Shown here: positions 49,222 to 57,983 of the stretch, one piece after another
Position numbering within the stretch: the first letter of the stretch is position 1
How the letters are laid out: every line of letters begins with the position of its first letter
NCBI GenBank assembly: GCA_963812755.1
Contig: CAWEWK010000005.1
Location: forward strand, 498,432-562,431
Direction of reading: 5' to 3'
Length of the DNA stretch: 64,000 bases
Source: an uncultured Gemmatimonadales bacterium
GTDB taxonomy: Bacteria > Gemmatimonadota > Gemmatimonadetes > Gemmatimonadales > GWC2-71-9
Translations under genes and position numbers: made by a program
The notes under the pieces: model-generated
What the model saw: only the letters and a program-made list of their open reading frames with translations
What the model was told of the DNA's origin: nothing
Database searches by the model: none

Positions 49222-51503
49222 GCACCGACTCGCGCCGGCGACTCGGCGCCATCACCGCACTGGTAGCCGGCCTCTTCGTCGGCCTCACCCTCCTGCCCGT
49301 CGCGATTACCGGCCCGGTTGGCCGCTCCCTGGGCCACGGTCTGTGGCAGTGGCTCGGTGCCGGGGCGCTGGGACTTCCGCTCTTGGGAGTGGGACTGGCG
49401 CTCGCCGGGTTCGACCGGTTGGGCGGGCTGGACATGAAGCGCTCGGCGGTGCTCATCATCGGGCTCAGCCTGCTGATTCCCTACGTCGTCGGCGTTCTCA
49501 CCCATGTTCGCCACACCGATCTCGATCTGGACGTCGGGCAGCGCAGCCTGACGGCCCAGGCCGTCGGAGTGTTGCCGGGCTTCTTCGCCGAGACGATCTC
49601 GGCCAAGGTCGGCGTCGCGGGAGCGGTGCTGTTGGGCTTCCTGGCACTGTCGGCGCTCACCCTGGCGACGTTTGCCTGGCATCCATTGCAGAGGCTGGAG
49701 AAGAGCGAGCTGCCGGGTCAGCCGGGCGGCGGCGTGGCAGGGCCACGTGGCAGTGCAACGGATGGGTGGCCGGACGGGCGGACAGGCAAACGGTCCGAGG
49801 CAGCGACGGAGTCACGGGACGACGCGAAGCCGGACAAGGCGTCCACCCGTCGCCCGGTTGCGGCTCCGGAGGAGCCGGCGGTCAAGCCTCGCAAGGATCG
49901 GAAGGCCAAGAAGGCGGGCGTCGTAGAGGAGGCGGATCAGGAGTCCGATGTGCCACCGATCGAGCTGCTGACGCCGGCCTCGATGCAGGACGTCGATGCC
50001 GGTGAGGCTCAACTGGATCGGCTGGGGCAATTGCTGCTGGAGACCCTTCGCACCTTCAAGGTGGAGGGGACCATCGCGGGACGGACTACCGGGCCGGTGG
50101 TCACTCAATTCGAAGTGGTGCCGGCGCCCGGGGTGAAGGTCGGCAGGATCGTCGCGCTGGCGGACGATCTGGCGATCACCATGCGGGCGCCCTCGATCAG
50201 AGTGGCGCCCATTCCCGGCAAGGGCGCGGTCGGCGTGGAGGTGCCCAATCCGATCGCCCGGCTGGTGACCTTGCGGGAGCTGTTCGAGTCGGCTGATTGG
50301 GCTCGGGGCCGGCCGACCCTGCCGATCGCCCTGGGCCGCGACCTCGAGGGCAAGCCGGTGATCGCCGATCTCACCAAGATGCCCCACCTGCTGATCGCGG
50401 GCGCGACCGGCACCGGAAAATCGGTCACCATCAATACCATCATCACCAGCCTGATCTATCGCTATACCCCGCGCGAGCTGCGGCTGCTGATGGTGGATCC
50501 CAAGATGGTCGAGCTCTCGATGTACAACGCGCTCCCCCACCTGCGACATAAGGTGGTGACCAACAACCAGGATGCCGCCGCGGTGCTCAAGTGGGCGGTG
50601 TTCGAGATGAACCGGCGGTACGAGCTGCTCCAGGCCAACGGCGCACGCAACGTGGGGGACTTCAACCGCAAGGTCGAGGAAGGCAAGCCGCTGCGGAATC
50701 CACCTCGACCCAAGCCCACCCTGGTGACCATCAGCGCGGAGCCGGCGGATACGCCGCCGGAGCTACCGCTGGAGGAGAGCTATACCGAAGGCGTGCTCCC
50801 CATCATCGTGATCGTCATCGACGAGCTGGCCGACCTCATGATGACGGTCCAAGGCGAGGTGGAGACGCCGCTGGCGATGTTGGCTCAGAAGGCCCGGGCC
50901 ATCGGCATTCATCTGATTCTCGCCACCCAGCGGCCTTCGGTGAACGTGATTACCGGGCTCATCAAGGCCAATTTCCCCAGCCGCATCGCCTTTCGGGTTG
51001 CCTCCAAGGTCGACAGCCGCACCATCCTGGATCAGAACGGCGCGGAGGCGCTGCTGGGCAACGGCGACATGTTGTTCCTTCCGCCCGGCAAGAGCGAGCC
51101 GATGCGGCTCCAGGGAGCCTTCATCGCCACCGAGGACAGCGAGCGGGTGATGGAGTGGTACGTTGCCCGGCGGGAGGCCCGGCGGGCGGCAGCCCAGGCG
51201 GCCGAGGCCAAGGAAGCGGACATTCTGGAGCTGGTTCGGGCGCAGGAGGCGGAGGGCGAGGGCGGAGCGAGCGAGGAGCAGGAAGGCGATCGGGACGCGC
51301 TGTTCCGCGAGGCGGCGGAGGCCTGCATTCAGAACCAGGGCGGGTCCACGTCGCTGCTCCAGCGCAGACTTCGCATCGGCTATGGGCGTGCGGCGCGAAT
51401 CATCGATCAGCTGCACTATGCCGGGATCCTGGGACCGCCCGATGGAAGCAAGCCCCGCGAAGTGTTGGTCGGCTTCGACCAGTTGGACGAGTACAGCCGG
51501 TAA
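49218..51503 (+). CDS. ftsK: DNA translocase FtsK/SpoIIIE
   Basis: ATG 49218 overlaps the comB-like stop (ATGA). N-terminal TM segments, Walker A AGATGTGKS, Walker B VIVIDELADLMM and a gamma domain (LLQRRLRIGYGRAARIIDQL). Confidence 0.95.
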   Translation: MSTDSRRRLGAITALVAGLFVGLTLLPVAITGPVGRSLGHGLWQWLGAGALGLPLLGVGLALAGFDRLGGLDMKRSAVLIIGLSLLIPYVVGVLTHVRHTDLDLDVGQRSLTAQAVGVLPGFFAETISAKVGVAGAVLLGFLALSALTLATFAWHPLQRLEKSELPGQPGGGVAGPRGSATDGWPDGRTGKRSEAATESRDDAKPDKASTRRPVAAPEEPAVKPRKDRKAKKAGVVEEADQESDVPPIELLTPASMQDVDAGEAQLDRLGQLLLETLRTFKVEGTIAGRTTGPVVTQFEVVPAPGVKVGRIVALADDLAITMRAPSIRVAPIPGKGAVGVEVPNPIARLVTLRELFESADWARGRPTLPIALGRDLEGKPVIADLTKMPHLLIAGATGTGKSVTINTIITSLIYRYTPRELRLLMVDPKMVELSMYNALPHLRHKVVTNNQDAAAVLKWAVFEMNRRYELLQANGARNVGDFNRKVEEGKPLRNPPRPKPTLVTISAEPADTPPELPLEESYTEGVLPIIVIVIDELADLMMTVQGEVETPLAMLAQKARAIGIHLILATQRPSVNVITGLIKANFPSRIAFRVASKVDSRTILDQNGAEALLGNGDMLFLPPGKSEPMRLQGAFIATEDSERVMEWYVARREARRAAAQAAEAKEADILELVRAQEAEGEGGASEEQEGDRDALFREAAEACIQNQGGSTSLLQRRLRIGYGRAARIIDQLHYAGILGPPDGSKPREVLVGFDQLDEYSR

Positions 51504-51510
51504 GGAACCC

Positions 51511-52983
51511 ATGACCATCTCTCGCATCGCCTGTGCGTTGCTCCTCGCGGTCAGCTTTCCCCATCTCACCCATGCCCAATCCGACGCCGCGTCCCGCCTG
51601 GTGGGCGCCCTGCAGGGCGACACGCCGCTGGTGAGCGATCTCCGCACCCTGACCGATCAGATCGGGGGACGCGCCACCGGGTCGCCAGCCAACCTTCGGG
51701 CGGTAGAGTGGGCGGTGCAGCGCTTCCGTGATGCGGGTGTCGAGGTACGCAAGGAGCCCTTCCGGATGCCGGGCCTCTGGCTGGAGCGATCCGCATCCGC
51801 CGCGGTGAAAGGCGAGGGCGTGAGCTTCGCTCCACGGGTCGCGGCTCTGCCGTTCTCGACCCCGACTCCGAAGGCGGGACTGAGCGCTCCTCTGGTTGAC
51901 GCGGGCCATGGCACCGAGGAGGACTTCACCCGGCTCGGCGCCAAGGCGAAGGGATCGTTCGTGCTGGTTGAAACCGAGGAGCTGCATGACCTCGACGGGC
52001 TCTTTCGGGAATACAACGAAGCGGTCGGCATCGAGCGGCGGGCGATCGCCGGCGGCGCCGCCGGGTTGGTCTACATGTCTTCCCGCCCGGACGATCTCCT
52101 GGCCCGCCACAACGCCTCGCTGGGGCTCAAGAACGTCCACCCGATGATGATGATGGAGCGGGATGGAGCCGCCCGGGCTCTCCGGTTGCTGCGAAACGGG
52201 AAGCGTCTCACCCTGACGGCCATGCTCGACATTCAGTCGGGACCGGCCTATGAGAGCCACAACGTGATCGGGGAAATCCGGGGTGCCACGCGGCCAGACG
52301 AGGTCGTGCTCATTGGGGCCCACCTCGATTCCTGGGACCTCGGCACCGGCGCCCTCGACAACGGCGCCAACGCCATGATGGTGCTCGACCTGGCCCGGCA
52401 GATCAAACGCCTGGGGGTCCGGCCGGCCCGGACCATACGGTTTGCGTTATGGAACGGAGAAGAGCAGGGCTTGATCGGCTCGCAAGGATACACCCTGACC
52501 CATGCGGCCGAGCTCGACCGGCATGTCATGGCGTCATCCTACGACATCGGGACCGGCCGGATCACCGGATTCTTCACCGGCGGCCGCGCCGATCTGCTGC
52601 CCCTACTGGAACGCGCCCTGGGGCCGGTCCAGGGACTGGGTCCCTTCACCCAACTCAACGTGCCGATCGTGGGAACCGACAACTACGACTTCATGATGCA
52701 GGGCGTGGCCAACCTGGTAGCCAACCAGGAGTCGGCCAACTACGGTCCGAACTATCACGCCCGCTCTGACGAATTCGACAAGGCCGATCTGCGTCAGCTC
52801 CGGCTCAACGCGGCGATCGCGGGAGCGGTGACCTGGGGCTTCGCCACCCTCGACCTGTCGCTGCCCCGGCAGACCGCACAGCAGGTCGATTCCCTGGTCC
52901 GGAATACCGATCTGGCCGAGCAGATGAAGTCGTTCAACGTGTACGACGCGTGGGCGGCGGGGACGCGAGGGTTGCGTCCTTGA
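51511..52983 (+). CDS. M28-family aminopeptidase
   Basis: ATG 51511 and a signal peptide ending in THAQS. Metal-site motifs GAHLDSWD, DNGANAMMVL and WNGEEQGLIGS. Confidence 0.8.
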   Translation: MTISRIACALLLAVSFPHLTHAQSDAASRLVGALQGDTPLVSDLRTLTDQIGGRATGSPANLRAVEWAVQRFRDAGVEVRKEPFRMPGLWLERSASAAVKGEGVSFAPRVAALPFSTPTPKAGLSAPLVDAGHGTEEDFTRLGAKAKGSFVLVETEELHDLDGLFREYNEAVGIERRAIAGGAAGLVYMSSRPDDLLARHNASLGLKNVHPMMMMERDGAARALRLLRNGKRLTLTAMLDIQSGPAYESHNVIGEIRGATRPDEVVLIGAHLDSWDLGTGALDNGANAMMVLDLARQIKRLGVRPARTIRFALWNGEEQGLIGSQGYTLTHAAELDRHVMASSYDIGTGRITGFFTGGRADLLPLLERALGPVQGLGPFTQLNVPIVGTDNYDFMMQGVANLVANQESANYGPNYHARSDEFDKADLRQLRLNAAIAGAVTWGFATLDLSLPRQTAQQVDSLVRNTDLAEQMKSFNVYDAWAAGTRGLRP

Positions 52984-54493
52984 GCGTTCGGGATGCTGTC
53001 GGATCGTCCAGCAGCGACTGAGCGATCCCGGCCGCCCGATTCATCCCCTGAGCGCCCAGCAACAAGACCACGTCACCCGGCGACCACCCCTCCAAGGCGC
53101 GCCGCACCGCCCCGTCCAATCTTGGCTCGAAGAGAAACTCGGTTCCATCCTGCTCCAGCGCTTCCGTCATCGCCCGACGCTCCTCGTCCGTCACCCGATC
53201 GCGAGTGCCGGCCGATTCCTCGCACGCGGTGATCACCAACCGGACCGGTGTCGAGCCCCGTCGCACCGACACCAGCTCGGCGAGCGTGCTGCCGAGCTTG
53301 CGGTTGATCACGGGGCCGCGTGAGCCCCGGATGCCGAATACGATCCGGAGCCCTTCATGCGGCAACGCGTCGATACTCTGGAACACTGCGCGAAGGGTGC
53401 GAGGATTGCCCGAGGTGTCGTCGAGCACCGCCGGGTCCGTGTGCCGGACCAGCTCCATCCGGCGCCGGATCGGGCTCACCTCCGCGACCGCCTCGGTGAC
53501 GCCGCGAGGCGACCCGCCCGCCAGCAGCGCCGCCGTCGCCGCGAGAGCCGCGTTGGCCACCTGCTGAAGCCCGAATACCGGGAGTACCAGCGGTACCGTA
53601 CCCGGCTGGATGACGGTGCCATCGAGGCCGGTGAGACGCCGGGTCACCTCGAGCGCAAAGGCGGAGCCCGCCGCGTCGGTTCGAAGCCCCCGGAGAACCA
53701 CCGCGGCCCCGGGAGTGCCGGCGACCGACACTCCGACCACGGGCCGGGGGTGCCGAGCCACCGCGGCGGCGACCGCCTCCCCTAGCCGGGTGTCGTCCTG
53801 GTTGATCACCAGCGGGGCAGCATCCTCCAGCATGTCGAGGAAGCGGAGCTTGGTCCTCAGGTAGTGCTCCGGGGTCGGATGAAATTCGAGGTGCTCGTCC
53901 GGCACGAGATTGGTGAATACCCCGAGGGCGAAGCGGAGCCCGGCGACCCGGCGGAGCGCGATCGCGTGGGAGGTGACTTCCATCGCCACCGTTTCCACCC
54001 CCTGGTCGGCCATCATGCGGAGGGCGCGCTGAATGGCGGGAGCATCGGGAGTCGTCATCCCGGTGTCGGAGACGTGCCCCCGTACGCGCACACCGAGCGA
54101 GCCGATGACGCCGATGGCACGTCCGCTGGCTTCCAAAGCGGATTGGATCAGCAGGACCGTGGAAGTCTTGCCCAGCGTGCCCGTGACGCCGATGAGCCTG
54201 AGCTGCTTTGCGGGTTGGCCGTAGAAGGCGGCGGCCAGCGCCGGCAGGGCGGCCCGGGGGTCGGGAACGACCAGGGTGGGAACCTCGGGGTGCGGGGCGA
54301 CGGCACAGAGACCAAGGGCCCCTCGCCCGAGCGCCTCCCGGACGAATGCGGCACCGTCGGCCCGAAGTCCCGGGACCGCAACGAACAGATCACCGGGGCG
54401 AACCTGGCGGGAGTCGAGGGCGATGCCGGTGACTTCGGGATCGGCGCCATGGACCGTCGCGCCGAGGGCACGGGCGAGTTGAGTGAGCCGCAC
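52934..54493 (-). CDS. Mur ligase family protein, divergent MurE-like
   Basis: GTG start preceded by GGGAGG. P-loop GVTGTLGKTST, MEVTSH and FTNLVPDEHLEFH...TK. The C-terminal domain lacks the canonical DYAH and DNPR motifs. Confidence 0.8.
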   Translation of the reverse strand: MRLTQLARALGATVHGADPEVTGIALDSRQVRPGDLFVAVPGLRADGAAFVREALGRGALGLCAVAPHPEVPTLVVPDPRAALPALAAAFYGQPAKQLRLIGVTGTLGKTSTVLLIQSALEASGRAIGVIGSLGVRVRGHVSDTGMTTPDAPAIQRALRMMADQGVETVAMEVTSHAIALRRVAGLRFALGVFTNLVPDEHLEFHPTPEHYLRTKLRFLDMLEDAAPLVINQDDTRLGEAVAAAVARHPRPVVGVSVAGTPGAAVVLRGLRTDAAGSAFALEVTRRLTGLDGTVIQPGTVPLVLPVFGLQQVANAALAATAALLAGGSPRGVTEAVAEVSPIRRRMELVRHTDPAVLDDTSGNPRTLRAVFQSIDALPHEGLRIVFGIRGSRGPVINRKLGSTLAELVSVRRGSTPVRLVITACEESAGTRDRVTDEERRAMTEALEQDGTEFLFEPRLDGAVRRALEGWSPGDVVLLLGAQGMNRAAGIAQSLLDDPTASRTLKDATLASPPPTRRTR

Positions 54494-54502
54494 GTGCCTC
54501 CC

Positions 54503-56143
54503 CTACGGCTTTCTTCTCCACACTCCCCGTAAGGCGTCCAGCTTCATCCCCCAGCCCGCGCGCTCGTCCGAGAGGGCGTCGAGGAAATCCGCCAGCGCTT
54601 TGGCCCGGAAGATGGCGAAGAGAATGAGCAGGACCGTGGGAATCACGGCCAGTACGAAGTACAACATTTTGGTCGCCCAGGGCTTGTCCGCGTGGGCGAA
54701 CAGGTTCATCCCCAGGATCCCGGTGGCGACGGTGGCCACCAAGCCCAGGGTAGTCACCACGGTGAGCCGGACGACCGTGTTCGCTTGCCGCCGCAGACTA
54801 TCGCTGTTGAGATAGTCGTTCATGTCCTGGATCTCTTCCCGCACCTCGAGGTACATCCGGTCGGTGCCGAGGTGGCTGCTCCACATCCGGAAGAGCTCGC
54901 GCGCCTGGTCCTGGGTGGACACCTCGTGAAACCAGTAGCGATGGGTGAAGCGGAGGAAGGTCTCCAGGGACTGGCGGATCACCCGCTTGAAGCGCTTGAC
55001 CGACTCCACGTCGCGGATGTCCAGCCGGCTGATGGCCATGACCAGCCGGTCGGAGAACATGAGCAGAGCCGCCTTGTGGAAGTGCGCGATCAAGCCCAGC
55101 AGGAAGTACTGGCGCCGGAACTGGGCCTGCAGGCCGACATCCTGATCGGCAAAGAATCGGTCCCCATGCTTGCCCACCATGAGAAAGGCGTGGCCCGAGC
55201 ACATGAATCGGGTATTGCTCCAGGTATGCGGCTCGGTTGGAGCCCAAAACCGGTCGTAGCAGAAGTCTTCCTCGAAGCGCGCCAGGGATCCGGCGGAAAA
55301 TGGAAACGCGCCGGCATCGACCGGGCCGGTGTTGAGACCGATGCTGATGAAATCACTGCGGGTCAAGGCTGACGGATCGTCCATTGCCAGGTAGGCCATG
55401 AGCGGCATGCGGTAATACTCGATCTGCCGGTAGCGGAGCAAGCCGGGCTCGCCGGTGTGATCGGGGACCAGGGGTCGGAGCAGCCAGTCCCAGTGCGAGG
55501 CGATGGGAGCGATCCGCTCGCGGGCCGCGGCCGCGAGATACCGCTCGCGGTTCTGGTAATCCGAGCGGGCCAGGATCTCTCCGGTGGGGGAGAGCCATTC
55601 TACTGAGACGGGACAGCGTCCACCCCGCCCGCCCGGTTCCCAGAAGGCAGGGTAGGCCCGGCCAAACTGGAAGAGGATTTCCTGGGCCAGCTCGAGGCCC
55701 AGGTCCTGAGCTGCAAGCTCGATCGCCGGAATGACCACGTCGACATCGCAAAAGAAATAGAGCCGAACGTGTGCGACCTCGAGCCGGACCGGGGAATGTC
55801 CTTCCATCAACGTGACCCGGGCGGCGGCGATGTCCTCTCGAGTGAAGACCCGGATGGGTGATTCGCCGTAGCCTTCGGCCCGCCGTCCTTCGCCATAGAG
55901 GAAGCGTTGGACGTAGGGAAGGAAGCTGACGAACTCGGCGTACTGCGGCTCCGGGAGGCGCTCGGAGTCGCCGATGAGGCCGTCGGGTGCCTCGCGCCAG
56001 GGATTATCCGGTCCCGATATGCGGAGCGGCTCCCAGGGGCCACGCAGGTGCGAGCCGGCTTGGGGAGCGAGCTGCAACGGCCAAAGGAGGATCTGACGGA
56101 ACTGACGCACCAGCTTCGAAGGACCGGCAGTCGGGTCGGACAC
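54503..56143 (-). CDS. membrane protein with CorA-type GMN pore module and unknown N-terminal domain
   Basis: The C-terminal two TM helices flank GILGMN (nt 54704-54712 encode GMN), preceded by long helices as in CorA. I did not recognise the first ~440 aa. Confidence 0.7.
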   Translation of the reverse strand: MSDPTAGPSKLVRQFRQILLWPLQLAPQAGSHLRGPWEPLRISGPDNPWREAPDGLIGDSERLPEPQYAEFVSFLPYVQRFLYGEGRRAEGYGESPIRVFTREDIAAARVTLMEGHSPVRLEVAHVRLYFFCDVDVVIPAIELAAQDLGLELAQEILFQFGRAYPAFWEPGGRGGRCPVSVEWLSPTGEILARSDYQNRERYLAAAARERIAPIASHWDWLLRPLVPDHTGEPGLLRYRQIEYYRMPLMAYLAMDDPSALTRSDFISIGLNTGPVDAGAFPFSAGSLARFEEDFCYDRFWAPTEPHTWSNTRFMCSGHAFLMVGKHGDRFFADQDVGLQAQFRRQYFLLGLIAHFHKAALLMFSDRLVMAISRLDIRDVESVKRFKRVIRQSLETFLRFTHRYWFHEVSTQDQARELFRMWSSHLGTDRMYLEVREEIQDMNDYLNSDSLRRQANTVVRLTVVTTLGLVATVATGILGMNLFAHADKPWATKMLYFVLAVIPTVLLILFAIFRAKALADFLDALSDERAGWGMKLDALRGVWRRKP

Positions 56144-56298
56144 AGCTGCCTCCTGGAAGACGGGCAGATGGGCGCTCGGCCAGGTCGAAGGTAGAGCGCG
56201 GGCGGAAGAGTGACAACCTATGCCGAGTCTTCAGCGTTTGCGTTCCGCACGCCGGAAAAACGGTAACGCTTCCCGAGGCGGAATGGATATTCTCGGCC

Positions 56299-56715
56299 AT
56301 GGCTCCGCGGACCAGGTTCACACCCACGGCGGCGTGGGAAGATCGCCGGCAGTTGCGGGGCCTGGCCGGCGAGCGGGCCGCCATCGGCTACCTGACTTCC
56401 TGCGGCTGGAATATCGAGGCCCACCGGTTCCGCCTGGGCCGGCACGACGTCGATCTGATAATCCGCCGCGGTGGCCTGGTGGCGTTCGTGGAGGTAAAGA
56501 CCCGCCGCTCCGCCGCCTGCGGTTCGGCGCTGGAATCGGTGAGCCGGCTCAAGCAGCGGGTGCTCGCCAAAGTCGCGCTCTTCTGGCGGGTGCGCTATGG
56601 CCGGCGGAACGACCGCTATCGCTTCGATCTGATCGCCATTCGGGATTTGGGTGCCGGCCGGTACCAGGTGGAGCATGTGGAGGATGCGTGGCGGTTGGAA
56701 TGGAGTCCGGGGTAG
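56299..56715 (+). CDS. yraN: YraN-family (UPF0102) endonuclease-like protein
   Basis: GERAAIGYLTSCGWNIEAHRFR...DVDLIIRRGGLVAFVEVKTR. Internal ATG 56299 was chosen. Confidence 0.85.
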   Translation: MAPRTRFTPTAAWEDRRQLRGLAGERAAIGYLTSCGWNIEAHRFRLGRHDVDLIIRRGGLVAFVEVKTRRSAACGSALESVSRLKQRVLAKVALFWRVRYGRRNDRYRFDLIAIRDLGAGRYQVEHVEDAWRLEWSPG

Positions 56716-56717
56716 AG

Positions 56718-56822
56718 AGCTATCGGCTATCAGCTATCGGGCTATCGGCCAGTGGCCCCGGGGGGATGGATCTCCTCACCAACGCGGATAGCTGATAGCT
56801 GATAGCTGATAGCGGATAGCGC
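56718..56822. repeat. inverted heptamer-array repeat, copy D
   Basis: Left arm AGCTATCGGCTATCAGCTATCGGGCTATCGGCC and right arm GCGGATAGCTGATAGCTGATAGCTGATAGCGGATAGCGC. It starts 3 nt after the yraN stop and lies 115 nt upstream of recA. Confidence 0.9.
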
Positions 56823-56936
56823 TCCGATGACTCAAAATCGGTCACCCATTATCTATTGCTTCGGCAGATATTCGGTATTAGCTTGGCTGCAGCTATCTCA
56901 GTGTAGCAAAATCGATCACTTTTCAACGAGGATAAC

Positions 56937-57983
56937 ATGGCTGATGACAGCCGGCTCGACGCCGATCGCCGGAAGGCCCTCGGGCTCGCCATCTCCCAGA
57001 TCGAGAAGCAGCTCGGCAAGGGCTCCATCATGCGCATGGGCAGCGACTCGGCCCGGGTCAAGGTGGCCGCCATTCCCACCGGGGCCATCAATCTCGATGC
57101 CGCCACCGGCGTCGGCGGAATCCCCCGAGGCCGGATCACCGAGATCTACGGCCCGGAATCCTCGGGCAAGACCACCCTCACCCTGCATCTCGCCGCCAAC
57201 GTCCAGAAGGCCGGTGGGGTTGCCGCCTACGTCGACGCGGAACACGCGCTCGACATCGATTACGCCAAGAAGCTCGGCGTCAACGTCGAAGACCTGCTGG
57301 TGTCCCAGCCCGATACCGGTGAGCAGGCGCTCGAGATCGTCGAGATCCTGGTGCGCTCGGGAGCGGTGGATCTGGTGGTCATCGATTCGGTCGCGGCGCT
57401 GGTCCCCAAGGCGGAAATCGAAGGCGAAATGGGCGACAGCCACGTCGGTCTCCAGGCCCGGCTCATGAGTCAGGCGTTGCGCAAGCTCGCCGGAGCCATC
57501 AACCGTTCCAATTGCGCGGTGGTGTTCATCAACCAACTCCGCGAAAAGATCGGGGTCATGTTCGGCAATCCCGAGACCACCACCGGCGGCAAGGCGCTCA
57601 AGTTCTACGCCTCTCTGCGGCTGGATATCCGCCGGATCGGACCGGTCAAGGAGCGCGAAACCGTGATCGGCAACCACGTCCGGGTCAAGGTGGTCAAGAA
57701 CAAGGTCGCTCCTCCGTTCCGCCAGGCCGAGTTCGACGTGATGTTCGACGAAGGGATCAGCCACACCTCGTTGCTGGTGGACCTCGCCTCCGAGGCCAAC
57801 ATCATCCAGAAGTCGGGGGCCTGGTATTCCTACGGCGATCAGCGGATCGGCCAGGGCCGGGAAAATGCCAAGCTGTTCCTCCGCGACAATCCACCGCTCC
57901 TGGCCGAGATCGAGGGCAAGGTGAAAGAGCTGCTCGGCGTGCGGCCCACCGCCGGCGTCGGCGCGGGCGAGGGAGAAGAGTGA
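56937..57983 (+). CDS. recA: recombinase RecA
   Basis: [24 protein letters not shown] and [22 protein letters not shown]. Confidence 0.98.
   Translation: MADDSRLDADRRKALGLAISQIEKQLGKGSIMRMGSDSARVKVAAIPTGAINLDAATGVGGIPRGRITEIYGPESSGKTTLTLHLAANVQKAGGVAAYVDAEHALDIDYAKKLGVNVEDLLVSQPDTGEQALEIVEILVRSGAVDLVVIDSVAALVPKAEIEGEMGDSHVGLQARLMSQALRKLAGAINRSNCAVVFINQLREKIGVMFGNPETTTGGKALKFYASLRLDIRRIGPVKERETVIGNHVRVKVVKNKVAPPFRQAEFDVMFDEGISHTSLLVDLASEANIIQKSGAWYSYGDQRIGQGRENAKLFLRDNPPLLAEIEGKVKELLGVRPTAGVGAGEGEE

Noticed and set aside
56823-56936. A search for a LexA/SOS box upstream of recA, and likewise upstream of uvrB and ssb.
   Set aside because: There is no CTGT-N8-ACAG, no GAAC-N4-GTTC and no clear shared palindrome. 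Only a weak shared ATATTC was seen, which is not enough to call a site.
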